From: Minisyncoccota bacterium
Lineage (GTDB): Bacteria; Patescibacteriota; Minisyncoccia; UBA6257; 2-01-FULL-56-20
Assembly (NCBI GenBank): GCA_035541855.1
Contig: DATKMM010000031.1
Location: forward strand, 1 to 37,570
Length of the DNA stretch: 37,570 nt
Direction of reading: 5' to 3'
The position numbers and the translations under genes were made by a program. Below the pieces are notes generated by a model, which worked only from the letters and a program-made list of their open reading frames with translations, did not search any database and was not told the DNA's origin. Below are positions 1-8,236 of this stretch, piece after piece; within the stretch, counting starts at the first letter, position 1, and each line of letters opens with the position of its first letter.

Positions 1-207
1 CACCTTTCGACAGTAATCGATCAATGCATGGAAATCTAAAAAGAGAATCTCCGGATTTACCATCTCGGCAGATTTCCGGAAATCATCGACTTCGGTTGTT
101 GGGAATACCTGATGCCCCGCCGCAGTAAACGCACTTTTAAATCCTTCATACACCCAGCGATCAGCTCCAAGGCCATAAGGATTCAAAATGTTGTATAAAA
201 CCTTCAT
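1..207 (-). CDS. hypothetical protein, N-terminal fragment (gene runs off the window start); likely part of the glycan cluster
   Basis: Reverse-strand ATG at 205-207 overlaps the TAA of the upstream methyltransferase gene (TAATG). An open frame, MKVLYNILNPYGLGADRWVYEGFKSAFTAAGHQVF..., runs for 69 codons to position 1 with no stop. It is absent from the ORF track because it is truncated. Confidence 0.5.
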   Translation of the reverse strand, partial: MKVLYNILNPYGLGADRWVYEGFKSAFTAAGHQVFPTTEVDDFRKSAEMVNPEILFLDFHALIDYCRKV

Positions 208-980
208 TAAACGCGATAGATGCCTATTCCGGCCCATTTCTGGCCTCGATCTGCGATGACCTCGCGGCTATCTTCCTTCTTTATCTCGTTCCAAAACCGA
301 TCAACCAGGCAGCCCGACTCAACAGGATGGACCGCGATGTCATGGAATGCGATAACGCCCCCTTTTCTTACGAGCGGCGAATATAGCTCGAAATCCTTTT
401 TTACCCCTTCATACGTATGGTCACCGTCAATAAAAAGGAAGTCCAGTGGATTGTCGTCCAAAATCCGCCGTACCTTCTCCACTGCGGAAGCCGAATGGGA
501 ATCCTCACGCAAAAGATGGAGGCGTTGCTGCGGGCGGGCAAAGGTTTTATAGAGATTGATCTTCCACTCCGGGTAACCGCCGCCGAATTCCCCACCAGGA
601 AGATCCATGCTGATGACGGTTGCATAGGCATCAGCAAGGCGCGACCATAAAAACAAGGTCCCTCCGTTAGCGGTCCCGATCTCCATAACACTCTTCGGAT
701 GCATTTTTTTTACCACATTCGCCAGTTCGGTGATCTCGTATCGCACTTGAGCGGGCCGGATCAATCCGGCGAAGTTATCGGAGGCAAATTTTATCAAAAA
801 ATCAACGTTCGATTCCTCGGGGTCAAGCGTTTCAATGGCACGCTTTGCGCGTGGAACCAATACCCGTTTGAGCGGCTTAAGCTTATGATCAATGCGTCCG
901 CCGGCTTTTTTAAAAAGGCTTCCTACCCCCTCGGTTTTGAGAATCCTGATCGACTTCTGCGGTAATGATTCCTTTGGCAT
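207..980 (-). CDS. class I SAM-dependent methyltransferase (Methyltransf_24 / CmcI-like fold)
   Basis: 257-aa ORF. It has the Rossmann-type SAM motif VMEIGTANGGTLFLW and the downstream FIDGDHTYEGVKKDFELYSPLVRKGGVIAFHDI motif typical of this methyltransferase family. Confidence 0.8.
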   Translation of the reverse strand: MPKESLPQKSIRILKTEGVGSLFKKAGGRIDHKLKPLKRVLVPRAKRAIETLDPEESNVDFLIKFASDNFAGLIRPAQVRYEITELANVVKKMHPKSVMEIGTANGGTLFLWSRLADAYATVISMDLPGGEFGGGYPEWKINLYKTFARPQQRLHLLREDSHSASAVEKVRRILDDNPLDFLFIDGDHTYEGVKKDFELYSPLVRKGGVIAFHDIAVHPVESGCLVDRFWNEIKKEDSREVIADRGQKWAGIGIYRV

Positions 981-991
981 GAATCAAATTC

Positions 992-1996
992 TTATTGCTG
1001 ACCGCGAGATACTTCGGCAACCTGTTCGCTCACCCACGCATACGTTTTCCGCATGCCGTCTTCCAGCTTCGCGCTCGGCGCCCAACCGAGCATCTCCTTA
1101 ATGAGGCGATTATCGGAATTCCTACCGCGGACACCGAGCGGACCGCTAACGTGTTTTATCGAGAGCTTCTTGCGGGCGATCTTCATCGCCATTTCCACAA
1201 GTTGGTTGATCGTCACCATTTCATCAGAGCCGATATTCACGGGTCCGGTGAAATCCGACTGCATGAGGCGGCGCACTCCTTCAATGCATTCATCAATATA
1301 TAAGAATGAACGCGTCTGCAGGCCATCGCCCCAGATCTCGATCTCACCGCCATCAGGTGCTTCCGCTACTTTACGGCACATCGCTGCCGGAGCCTTTTCG
1401 CGGCCCCCGGTCCAAGTACCCTCGGGGCCGAAAATATTATGGAATCGGGCGATCCGGACCTGGATGCCATAGTTGCGTGCAAACGAAAGATATACATGCT
1501 CGCTGAACAATTTTTCCCAACCGTATTCGCTATCAGGAGCCGCCGGATACGCCGAATCTTCAGAGCACTTTGGATCATTTGGGTCTTCCTGATTATAGAG
1601 CGGGTACATGCACGCAGAAGAAGAATAAAAGATCTTTTTCAGGTTCCCGGTCTGCTGACCGACGTGCAGAACGTTCAAATTGATCGTCGCCGAATTATGC
1701 AAAATATCCGCATCGTGCTCGCCGGTGAACACGAACCCGGCGCCGCCCATGTCGGCTGCAAATTGGTACACCTCGTCAAATGGACGGCCGAAGATCTTTT
1801 TCGCGAACAGCTCACCGCGCAGATCCCCCTCAACGAATTCATCCGCAGCCGATGGCGCGAACTCCGGCTTTTTGAGGTCAGTACCCAAAACCCAGTATCC
1901 TTCGCTTTTTAATCGTTTTACCATATGCGAGCCAATGAACCCGCCCGCGCCACATACTAATGCTGTTTTTTGTGTCATAGCTCTACTATCATACAA
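992..1996 (-). CDS. GDP-mannose 3,5-epimerase-like NAD-dependent epimerase
   Basis: Near-collinear match to GDP-mannose 3,5-epimerase (GME) signatures: GAGGFIGSH NAD motif, AADMGGAGF, FYSSSACMYP, IARFHNIFGPEGTWTGGREKAPAAMCRK, WGDGLQTRSFLYIDECIEG, NIGSDEMV and GVRGRNSDN. The track start at 1996 is TTG; the ATG at 1978 (MTQKTALVCGAGG) is the more likely start. Confidence 0.85.
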   Translation of the reverse strand: MYDSRAMTQKTALVCGAGGFIGSHMVKRLKSEGYWVLGTDLKKPEFAPSAADEFVEGDLRGELFAKKIFGRPFDEVYQFAADMGGAGFVFTGEHDADILHNSATINLNVLHVGQQTGNLKKIFYSSSACMYPLYNQEDPNDPKCSEDSAYPAAPDSEYGWEKLFSEHVYLSFARNYGIQVRIARFHNIFGPEGTWTGGREKAPAAMCRKVAEAPDGGEIEIWGDGLQTRSFLYIDECIEGVRRLMQSDFTGPVNIGSDEMVTINQLVEMAMKIARKKLSIKHVSGPLGVRGRNSDNRLIKEMLGWAPSAKLEDGMRKTYAWVSEQVAEVSRGQQ

Positions 1997-2024
1997 GATA
2001 AATACCGCTTTTCAAGTCAGTATT

Positions 2025-2053
2025 TTGCCCGGCGTCCAAATCTCTGCTACAAT
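2025..2053 (+). promoter_or_regulatory. sigma70-like promoter candidate for the PheRS gene (TTGCCC-17 nt-TACAAT)
   Basis: TTGCCC at 2025-2030, a 17-nt spacer and TACAAT at 2048-2053. The start codon at 2062 lies only 8 nt after the -10 box and no Shine-Dalgarno (SD) sequence is present, implying a near-leaderless mRNA. Confidence 0.4.
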
Positions 2054-2061
2054 GCGGAAAT

Positions 2062-3198
2062 ATGGGAGCTGTGTACACCGTGCCGATGGATGACCAGGAA
2101 CGCGCGCTCGCCGCGCTCGCGCCGCGGACGGATGCGGAGGCGATGCGCATCAAGCGCTACCTCGCGATGCCGGACCTTTCGCGCGCGCCGGGCAGCCCGC
2201 TCCGCGAGATCGTGGAAAAGGCCAGGCAGGTGCCGGCGCTCGCGGGCTTCGACGATATCGTGATCCCGGAGATCGTGCCGGCGGATGTGAGCTTCGACCT
2301 CTTCGATTTCGCCCCGGACCACCCGGCCCGCAGCCGGTCGGACACGTATTTCCTGGACGACAACCACATTCTCCGCACGCACGACACGGTGATGTGGTAC
2401 TACTACACGCAGCTGCCGGAGGTGAAGACGCGGATCGCGCGGCGGGAAAAGCTCGGCGTGGTCTGCTACGGCAAGGTGTACCGCAAGGACGAGATCGACC
2501 GGAAGCACATGAACATCTTCCACCAGTTCGGCGGCTGGTACCTGACGCCGGCCGACACGGCGCCGCTCGCGCTCGACGACCTGCGCGGCGCCCTGACCCA
2601 GATCGTGAAAGGGCTCTTCGGCGCGGACGCGAAGTACCGCTTCCTCGACGACACGTTCCCCTACACCGACCCGTCGCTCCAGGTTGAAGTTGACGTGAAC
2701 GGCCAATGGATCGAGATCCTGGGCGGCGGCATGACGAAGCAAAGCGTGTTCAAAAAGTTCGGCGTGACGGGATACAACGCCTGGGCGTTCGGCTTCGGCT
2801 TGGAGCGGCTCGCGATCATCGGCATGGAGCTGCCGGACATCCGGCTTCTCTGGTCAACGGACGAACGCGTGAAACGGCAGCTCCACCTCGGCCGGAAGTT
2901 CGTGGAGGTGAGCAAATACCCGCCGGTCGTGCGCGACATCTCGTTCATCGTGCCGAAGACGTTCGCGCCGAACGATTATTTCGACCTCGTGCGCGACATC
3001 GCGGGCGACCTCGTGGAGCAGGTCGAGCTGATCGACGAATACGAGAACGCGGCGAAGTTCGGCGCGGACAAAAAGAGCTATGCCTACCGCATCACGTACC
3101 GCTCGGGCGAGCGGACGCTCACGAACGAGGAGGTGGACAGGCTCCATAAGACCATCGAAAAGCGGACGGCGGAGGAGTTCGGCGCGACCGTGCGCTGA
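2062..3198 (+). CDS. pheS: phenylalanine--tRNA ligase, single-chain mitochondrial-type (alpha catalytic core fused to a C-terminal FDX-ACB domain)
   Basis: Class II PheRS alpha motifs are present: DHPARSRSDTYF, LRTHDT, YGKVYRKDEIDRKHMNIFHQ, FPYTDPSLQVEV and motif 3 WAFGFGLERLAI. The C-terminal roughly 95 aa (2911-3195), SKYPPVVRDISF...NDYFDLVRDIAGDLVEQVELIDEY...SYAYRITYRSGERTLTNEEV, is an FDX-ACB fold normally found at the C-terminus of PheT or in mitochondrial FARS2. Confidence 0.85.
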   Translation: MGAVYTVPMDDQERALAALAPRTDAEAMRIKRYLAMPDLSRAPGSPLREIVEKARQVPALAGFDDIVIPEIVPADVSFDLFDFAPDHPARSRSDTYFLDDNHILRTHDTVMWYYYTQLPEVKTRIARREKLGVVCYGKVYRKDEIDRKHMNIFHQFGGWYLTPADTAPLALDDLRGALTQIVKGLFGADAKYRFLDDTFPYTDPSLQVEVDVNGQWIEILGGGMTKQSVFKKFGVTGYNAWAFGFGLERLAIIGMELPDIRLLWSTDERVKRQLHLGRKFVEVSKYPPVVRDISFIVPKTFAPNDYFDLVRDIAGDLVEQVELIDEYENAAKFGADKKSYAYRITYRSGERTLTNEEVDRLHKTIEKRTAEEFGATVR

Positions 3199-3201
3199 AC
3201 A

Positions 3202-3277
3202 GATAAAACAAACCGGCTCCCATCTTCGAGCATCCTTCAAGTTTAATGCTCTCAGATGGGAACCGGTTTGTTTTATC
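3202..3277. terminator. bidirectional intrinsic terminator hairpin H1 (24-bp stem, A-tract/U-tract flanks) between convergent genes
   Basis: 3202-3225 pairs with 3254-3277 with a single C.A mismatch on the plus strand, which becomes a G.U wobble on the minus strand. The base of the stem is GATAAAACAAA...TTTGTTTTATC. The apex contains CATCCTTCAAGTTTAATGC (3231-3249). Confidence 0.6.
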
Positions 3278-3280
3278 CGC

Positions 3281-3366
3281 GCTGTAGCACAAACACCCAG
3301 GTGCCATTCCCGGTCATCCTTCAAGTTTAATGCCCGGGAATGGCACCTGGGTGTTTGTGCTACAGC
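3281..3366. terminator. long hairpin H2 (perfect 33-bp stem) overlapping the stop codon of the GT11 gene
   Basis: 3281-3313 is perfectly complementary to 3334-3366. The apex carries the same CATCCTTCAAGTTTAATGC (3315-3333) as H1, although the stems are unrelated in sequence. Confidence 0.5.
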
Positions 3367-4256
3367 GCCATCCAATCCGGCGGGACAATGCCGTCCCGGT
3401 CCGCGATCTGCGTGCGCGACCACTGCCGTGGCGCGATGACGATCTTCCCCGGGCTTTGACTGAGCCACGCGGCCCACCACCAGAACGTGCTGTTCGCGAT
3501 AATATGGTGCCTGGCGAGCGACGCGAGATGCATGGCGGCCTCCCAACCGATGTCCTGCGGGATATAGACCGTTGGGAATGGCGGCTTGATGTTCTCGCGG
3601 CACCACGGGATGTCGTCGGAAAAAATGAAAAAGCGCGGCGGCGCACCTTTGCCCGCACGGGCAGTCATCTGCCTGATAGCGCGGTCGTAGTACGCCATGT
3701 CCGTCCCGCCGAAGTTTTTTATATTGGCCGCGCTCGTGTAATCGCTGCGGCGCACGGACAGCGCGACGGAGTTCGATTTTAGGATATCCCGCGCCAAGCC
3801 TGCGGCAGCGCCCGAAAGCTCGTGCCGGAAGCTGAACGCCTGCCGCACCTCGGGGGCGATGTCCTCGAAATAGCGCCAGCTCTGCCAGAAACCCCACAGC
3901 CAGACATCGCCGCCGACGGAAAGCACGGCGGGATCGAAATGCCGCCCGGAATTTTCGCGGACGATCCTGCGGACATGAAGGATATCCTTCGCCTTTGCGA
4001 GCCCGAGGTCGAGTCCGAGCCACAGGCCCGGGACGGGAACGCGGGAGGATAATTTCGAAAGCGCCGTAAGGCGCGGTTCAATGCCAAACACGCCAAGCTC
4101 ATAACGCCGGTAAACGAATCCGGGGCGCGGAAAGCGGTCGTTCAGGAACGTCGTGTCGAGCGCCAGGCCGGTGCCGTTTTTTTTGGCAAGATCTGATCCC
4201 AGCGCGTACTGGAACATCTGGTTGCCCAACCCGCCGCGAAGCGCAACGGTCACCAT
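3360..4256 (-). CDS. GT11-family alpha-1,2-fucosyltransferase-like glycosyltransferase
   Basis: The N-terminal GGLGNQMFQYA hallmark and the C-terminal IIANSTFWWWAAWL motif of GT11 are both present. I place the start at the ATG at 4254-4256 (MVTVALRGGLGNQ), 17 nt after the upstream gene stop. The 38 Arg-rich codons upstream in the track ORF are probably not translated. Confidence 0.8.
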   Translation of the reverse strand: MVTVALRGGLGNQMFQYALGSDLAKKNGTGLALDTTFLNDRFPRPGFVYRRYELGVFGIEPRLTALSKLSSRVPVPGLWLGLDLGLAKAKDILHVRRIVRENSGRHFDPAVLSVGGDVWLWGFWQSWRYFEDIAPEVRQAFSFRHELSGAAAGLARDILKSNSVALSVRRSDYTSAANIKNFGGTDMAYYDRAIRQMTARAGKGAPPRFFIFSDDIPWCRENIKPPFPTVYIPQDIGWEAAMHLASLARHHIIANSTFWWWAAWLSQSPGKIVIAPRQWSRTQIADRDGIVPPDWMAL

Positions 4257-4273
4257 GCTTGGCTTTTGAGACC

Positions 4274-4930
4274 TTATTTGCCGGCGGGCGCCTTCGCCGA
4301 TCCGGAAGCGGTCTGCGCGCCGGCCAGGAACTGCGCGAGCGCCTGCTTGACGCTCTGGTCGCTCGGCCAATTGGTCAGGATCTTGTCCGCGATCGCCACC
4401 GTCCCGGTCACATTGCCTTCGGCGCGATAAACATCAAAGAGGCCATAAAGCGGCTGGGGGCGGTTCGGCCCGAGCTGTTCGCCTTCCTCGTAATATTGCT
4501 GGGCCGTGCTCAGGAAGTTCGCCTGGCCGGTCCGCGCGAACGCGACCTCGTTGATGGCGCCGACCAGATACAGGTCCTGGCCGAAGCTCATGCCCCTGCC
4601 GCGGGAAAGGATCGGTTGGTAGTAACCCATCAGGAATCCCACCAGCTCGTCCGTCGTCGTCGCATCCGGACTCTGCTGGACGAAGCCAAGCACGCTGTTC
4701 GCCGTGTTGCGGACTAGTTCCTCCTGGCCGATGGGCGACGGATAATCGAGCGGGACCGAAAGCCGGTTCTCGAGATCGGCAAGCGAGGTCGGCGGGTTGC
4801 CCTGCAGACCCTGGAGCGTCGCGATGAACATCTGGGCCTTCCGCAACGGCAGGTACTCGCCGTAATACGCCACCGAAAGGATGGCGACCGAGATGGCGAT
4901 GGCGATTATTTTTTTAGCTGTGGGATTCAT
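4274..4930 (-). CDS. hypothetical membrane-anchored protein (single N-terminal TM helix)
   Basis: 218-aa ORF with an N-terminal hydrophobic helix (KIIAIAISVAILSVAYY) followed by a soluble region. Its start overlaps the stop of the upstream O-antigen-ligase-like gene by 17 nt, suggesting an operon. I recognise no family. Confidence 0.6.
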   Translation of the reverse strand: MNPTAKKIIAIAISVAILSVAYYGEYLPLRKAQMFIATLQGLQGNPPTSLADLENRLSVPLDYPSPIGQEELVRNTANSVLGFVQQSPDATTTDELVGFLMGYYQPILSRGRGMSFGQDLYLVGAINEVAFARTGQANFLSTAQQYYEEGEQLGPNRPQPLYGLFDVYRAEGNVTGTVAIADKILTNWPSDQSVKQALAQFLAGAQTASGSAKAPAGK

Positions 4931-6383
4931 GTTTTTTCAGGAAATACGACGAGAACGCCAGGAACAGGAACAGGCTGATGTACATCGGCAGCACGTCGAA
5001 GATCGCGATACCCTGCACGAGATACGCGACCGGCGTGGCGAGCATAAGCGCGTTCTGGAAAACATGCACGGACTGGTGCTCGCCGGCCGGGGCGATATCG
5101 GCCCGCTTGCGCCGGAAGAACAGCCAGGCGAAGGTCGCGAAGATGGCGATATAGCCCAGGAACCCGATGATCCCGGTTTCGGCCAGATAGTCGAAGAACA
5201 CGCTGTGCGCACGGTCGAACCAGGTTTCCGTGTTCTGGCCGGGAACGAAGAAATTAGGATTGAAATGCTGGTCGAACACCGCCGTAAAGTTCTCGGGACC
5301 CCAGCCGAAAATGGGCCGCTCGAGGAATCCCTGCCACGCCTCGCCCCATACCCAGAACCGCGTTTGCGCCGAAGAATCCGTCACGCTGATCTGCAGCAAC
5401 CGCCCGCCCGGGATGTTGTTCAGAAATGGTTCGTTCCGGATGGCGAAGATGCCGAGCCCAAGGACGATCATGACACCGATGGCGACGAGCGACCATTTGC
5501 GCATACGGCTCGAACCGGCGAATGCAAGATACAGCACGCCGACGAAGATTCCCGCAGCCAAACCAAGGAATGCGCCGCGCGTCTGGCTGAGGTAGAAAAA
5601 GAAAAGGAATGCAAGGATCAGGATGCCGTAGCCCCAGGACTTGATCGCGGTCAGCTTGCCGGCAATTTTAGAAGCCGCCCAGAGATACGCCGCATAGAAC
5701 ATCGAGAACATGAGATATGGCGCAACGTACGCGGGATTGCCAAGCGATCCCTCAAAACGGCCGTCGATCAGCAGGTGCCACCATCCAGTTGGCGCAGTAC
5801 CACCCGTGTACGGACTGATAAAACCCGGATAACCGAAATTTGCAAACAGGCCATACCCCACCATGCCCGCCGCCGCGATGAGCGAATATTTAAAGAGGTT
5901 CTTCCACTCCTCTTCATGCTGGAAGAGCATCGTAAGCAGGAGGAAGAACGCATAGTAATGGAGCATCTGGAAACCGCCTTCGCCGCGCTCATAGTTCGAC
6001 CAGAAAGCCGCGTGCATATCGAGCGCGAAAAGGCAGGCCAGCAGGTATGCGCCCACGAAAGCCGTCACCGCGATCACCAGCGGCCGCTTGAACGTGGACC
6101 GGTAAAGCTGCCTGACCTCGTTCTGCTTCGCCTCGAACGCCCACCAGAGCAGCCATGCGATAAGCCCTAGCTCGACGGTAAAGCGGAAGAAGTAATCCTT
6201 GCCGCCGATGAACGGGAAGAAAATGGAGTTTACGACGATGAGCACCGCGAAGACCGCCGCGTAGCAATACCATTTCGCTATCCGTTTGAACGAGACGCCG
6301 AAGATCCGGGCAATAACGCCTCCGAGCGGGAGCGCTACCATCGTTACGAACGTTCCCGTGTAATTGAATATGGAGTCCGGCAT
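4914..6383 (-). CDS. O-antigen ligase / polymerase family (Wzy_C) polytopic membrane protein
   Basis: 489-aa multi-TM protein with the Wzy_C-type block YLSQTRGAFLGLAAG and a periplasmic loop RFWVWGEAWQGFLERPIFGWGPENF...AHSVFFDYLAETGIIG. Confidence 0.75.
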   Translation of the reverse strand: MPDSIFNYTGTFVTMVALPLGGVIARIFGVSFKRIAKWYCYAAVFAVLIVVNSIFFPFIGGKDYFFRFTVELGLIAWLLWWAFEAKQNEVRQLYRSTFKRPLVIAVTAFVGAYLLACLFALDMHAAFWSNYERGEGGFQMLHYYAFFLLLTMLFQHEEEWKNLFKYSLIAAAGMVGYGLFANFGYPGFISPYTGGTAPTGWWHLLIDGRFEGSLGNPAYVAPYLMFSMFYAAYLWAASKIAGKLTAIKSWGYGILILAFLFFFYLSQTRGAFLGLAAGIFVGVLYLAFAGSSRMRKWSLVAIGVMIVLGLGIFAIRNEPFLNNIPGGRLLQISVTDSSAQTRFWVWGEAWQGFLERPIFGWGPENFTAVFDQHFNPNFFVPGQNTETWFDRAHSVFFDYLAETGIIGFLGYIAIFATFAWLFFRRKRADIAPAGEHQSVHVFQNALMLATPVAYLVQGIAIFDVLPMYISLFLFLAFSSYFLKKHESHS

Positions 6384-6428
6384 ATGGTTAGAAGTTTACC
6401 GCATGACCCGTTCGGGCGCAAATGTGGA

Positions 6429-7955
6429 TTACCGGGCGTACTCCACGGCCCTCATTTCCCGGATCACGTTCACCTTGATCTCGCCGGGATACTTCAGTTC
6501 CGACTGGATGCGGTTCGCGATCTCGCGGGCCAGCTCGAGCGCCCGGAAATCGTCTATTTTCTCCGGGACGACGAACACGCGCAGTTCGCGGCCGGCGGCG
6601 ATGGCATAGGCGCTCTTCACGCCGGGGAACTCGTTCGCGATCTTCTCGAGGTCGCCCAGCCGTTTGATGTAGTTTTCGAGCGTGCCGCGCCGGGCGCCGG
6701 GCCTGGCCGCGGAGAGGATGTCCGCCGCAGTCACGATGTAGGCCTCGGGCCGGGCGTACGGATAGTCCTCGTGGTGCGACTGCATCGCCTCGATCACCGC
6801 CTCGTCAACGTTATATTTCTTTAAAATTTTAATGCCCAGCTCGACATGCGTGCCTTCCACTTCATGGTCGATCGCCTTGCCGATGTCGTGCAGGAGCGCG
6901 CCCTTCTTCGCCACCTCGGCATTAAGGCCTAGTTCGCGCGCCATCATCTCGGCGATGTAGGCCATTTCGGTCGAGTGGATCAGCACGTTCTGACCGAAGC
7001 TCGTACGGAAATGCAGGCGGCCGAGCAGCTGGAGCAGCTCTTTCGGCAAGCCGAACACGCCGAGGTCCTGCGCCGCGGCCTCGCCGATCTCCAGCGTGCG
7101 CTTGGCGAGCTCCGTCTTTGCCTCCTCCACCTTTTCCTCGATCTTCGCCGGCTGGATCCGGCCGTCCTTCACCAATTTTTCAAGCGCCATGCGCGCCACC
7201 TCGCGGCGGAACGGATCGAAGGACGAGATGATGATCGCCTCCGGCGCTTCGTCGATGATGAACTCCACGCCCGTCGCGCGCTCAAGCGCCCGGATATTGC
7301 GGCCCTCGCGGCCGATGATCTTGCCCTTCAGGTCGTCGTCGGCGAGCGGGAACAGCGTCGTCGTGATCTCGGCCACATGCGAGCGGGCATAGCGCTGGAG
7401 CGCGGTCGTGATGATCTCCGCCGACCGCTTCTCCACCTCGTCCCGGTTCTCGCGATCGATCTTCTGGATCAGCTGGGCCAGGTCCTGCGCCCGGTCCTCC
7501 TTGGCCTGGCGGACTATCTCATCCCGCGCCTGCGCGACCGAGAGCCCGCCGATCTTTTCAAGCCGCGCGCCGATCTCGCCCTCCCGTCCGGCAAGTTCGG
7601 CCTCCTTCACCTTCAATTTTTCATCCTGAGCCCTAACCCTGGCGCTTTCCGTATCCACATCAGCCGCTTTTTTGTCGAGCGTCTCCTCTTTGCGCAGCAG
7701 GTGCGCTTCGAGGGCGTCTATTTCCTTGCGGCGCTCCTTGTCCTCGTTCTTCTGCTCGACCAAAAGCGAGGCGGCTTTGTCCTTCGCCTCGACGACGATC
7801 TCCTTCGCCTTGGCCTCCGCCTCGGCGAGATCCTTCTTTATCTTTTCCTCGACCGTCCCGAACTGCTTAGCCGCCCAATACCGGCGACCGAGATATCCCA
7901 CGGCGGCGCCTATCAAAAGAAAGGCGACCGCAGCGAATGCGGTTGTTGCTTGCAT
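6429..7955 (-). CDS. rny: ribonuclease Y
   Basis: N-terminal TM helix, a long coiled-coil region, a KH domain (GKIIGREGRNIRALERATGVEFIIDE) and an HD domain (HSTEMAYIAEMMA...LLHDIGKAIDHE). Confidence 0.9.
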   Translation of the reverse strand: MQATTAFAAVAFLLIGAAVGYLGRRYWAAKQFGTVEEKIKKDLAEAEAKAKEIVVEAKDKAASLLVEQKNEDKERRKEIDALEAHLLRKEETLDKKAADVDTESARVRAQDEKLKVKEAELAGREGEIGARLEKIGGLSVAQARDEIVRQAKEDRAQDLAQLIQKIDRENRDEVEKRSAEIITTALQRYARSHVAEITTTLFPLADDDLKGKIIGREGRNIRALERATGVEFIIDEAPEAIIISSFDPFRREVARMALEKLVKDGRIQPAKIEEKVEEAKTELAKRTLEIGEAAAQDLGVFGLPKELLQLLGRLHFRTSFGQNVLIHSTEMAYIAEMMARELGLNAEVAKKGALLHDIGKAIDHEVEGTHVELGIKILKKYNVDEAVIEAMQSHHEDYPYARPEAYIVTAADILSAARPGARRGTLENYIKRLGDLEKIANEFPGVKSAYAIAAGRELRVFVVPEKIDDFRALELAREIANRIQSELKYPGEIKVNVIREMRAVEYAR

Positions 7956-8191
7956 GAATGTGGTTAGTTATTAGATGTTCCATAAACTTTAATGACTCTT
8001 TAATGCTCTTATGATACACCGAAAGGGCAAAGAGGTCAACGGGAACCAGCACCCGGCCCGTATTCCGCACCCGTCCTCGGGTACAGCGTCGCGACGTGCT
8101 CATCGCGCGCTTCCCCCTCGGCGCCCTTCGCTTTATGTAAAAGTGGTGTTTGGTTGCTGGCGCCCCATCCACCTGCGCGCCTCCGGGACGC

Positions 8192-8236
8192 CCCTCGAAC
8201 GGGTGCGGCATCCGTTCCGGGTGTGATTTTTATTTC
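8192..8236 (+). terminator. possible intrinsic terminator in the long rny-gpmI intergenic region
   Basis: Hairpin CCC(TC)GAACGG-loop-CCGTTC(C)GGG at 8192-8221, followed by GTGATTTTTATTT. There is no annotated plus-strand gene upstream, so its target transcript is unknown. Confidence 0.3.

Noticed and set aside
3231-3333. The two identical 19-nt sequences as a mini CRISPR array
   Set aside because: There are only two repeats of 19 nt, spaced 65 nt apart. Each sits at the apex of a long inverted repeat, and there are no cas genes in the window. The geometry fits paired hairpins or terminators, not repeat-spacer units.
2854-4023. 389-aa minus-strand ORF plus the upstream extension of the GT11 ORF to 4370, and other long alternative-frame ORFs (for example 4881-6170, 6975-7967, 11036-11935, 19245-20390, 24196-24963, 26525-28201)
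   Set aside because: All overlap genes with strong family signatures in another frame or on the other strand, and all show Arg/Pro/Gly-rich composition. The GT11 N-terminal extension precedes the family's canonical N-terminal GGLGNQMFQ block and would overlap the upstream gene.
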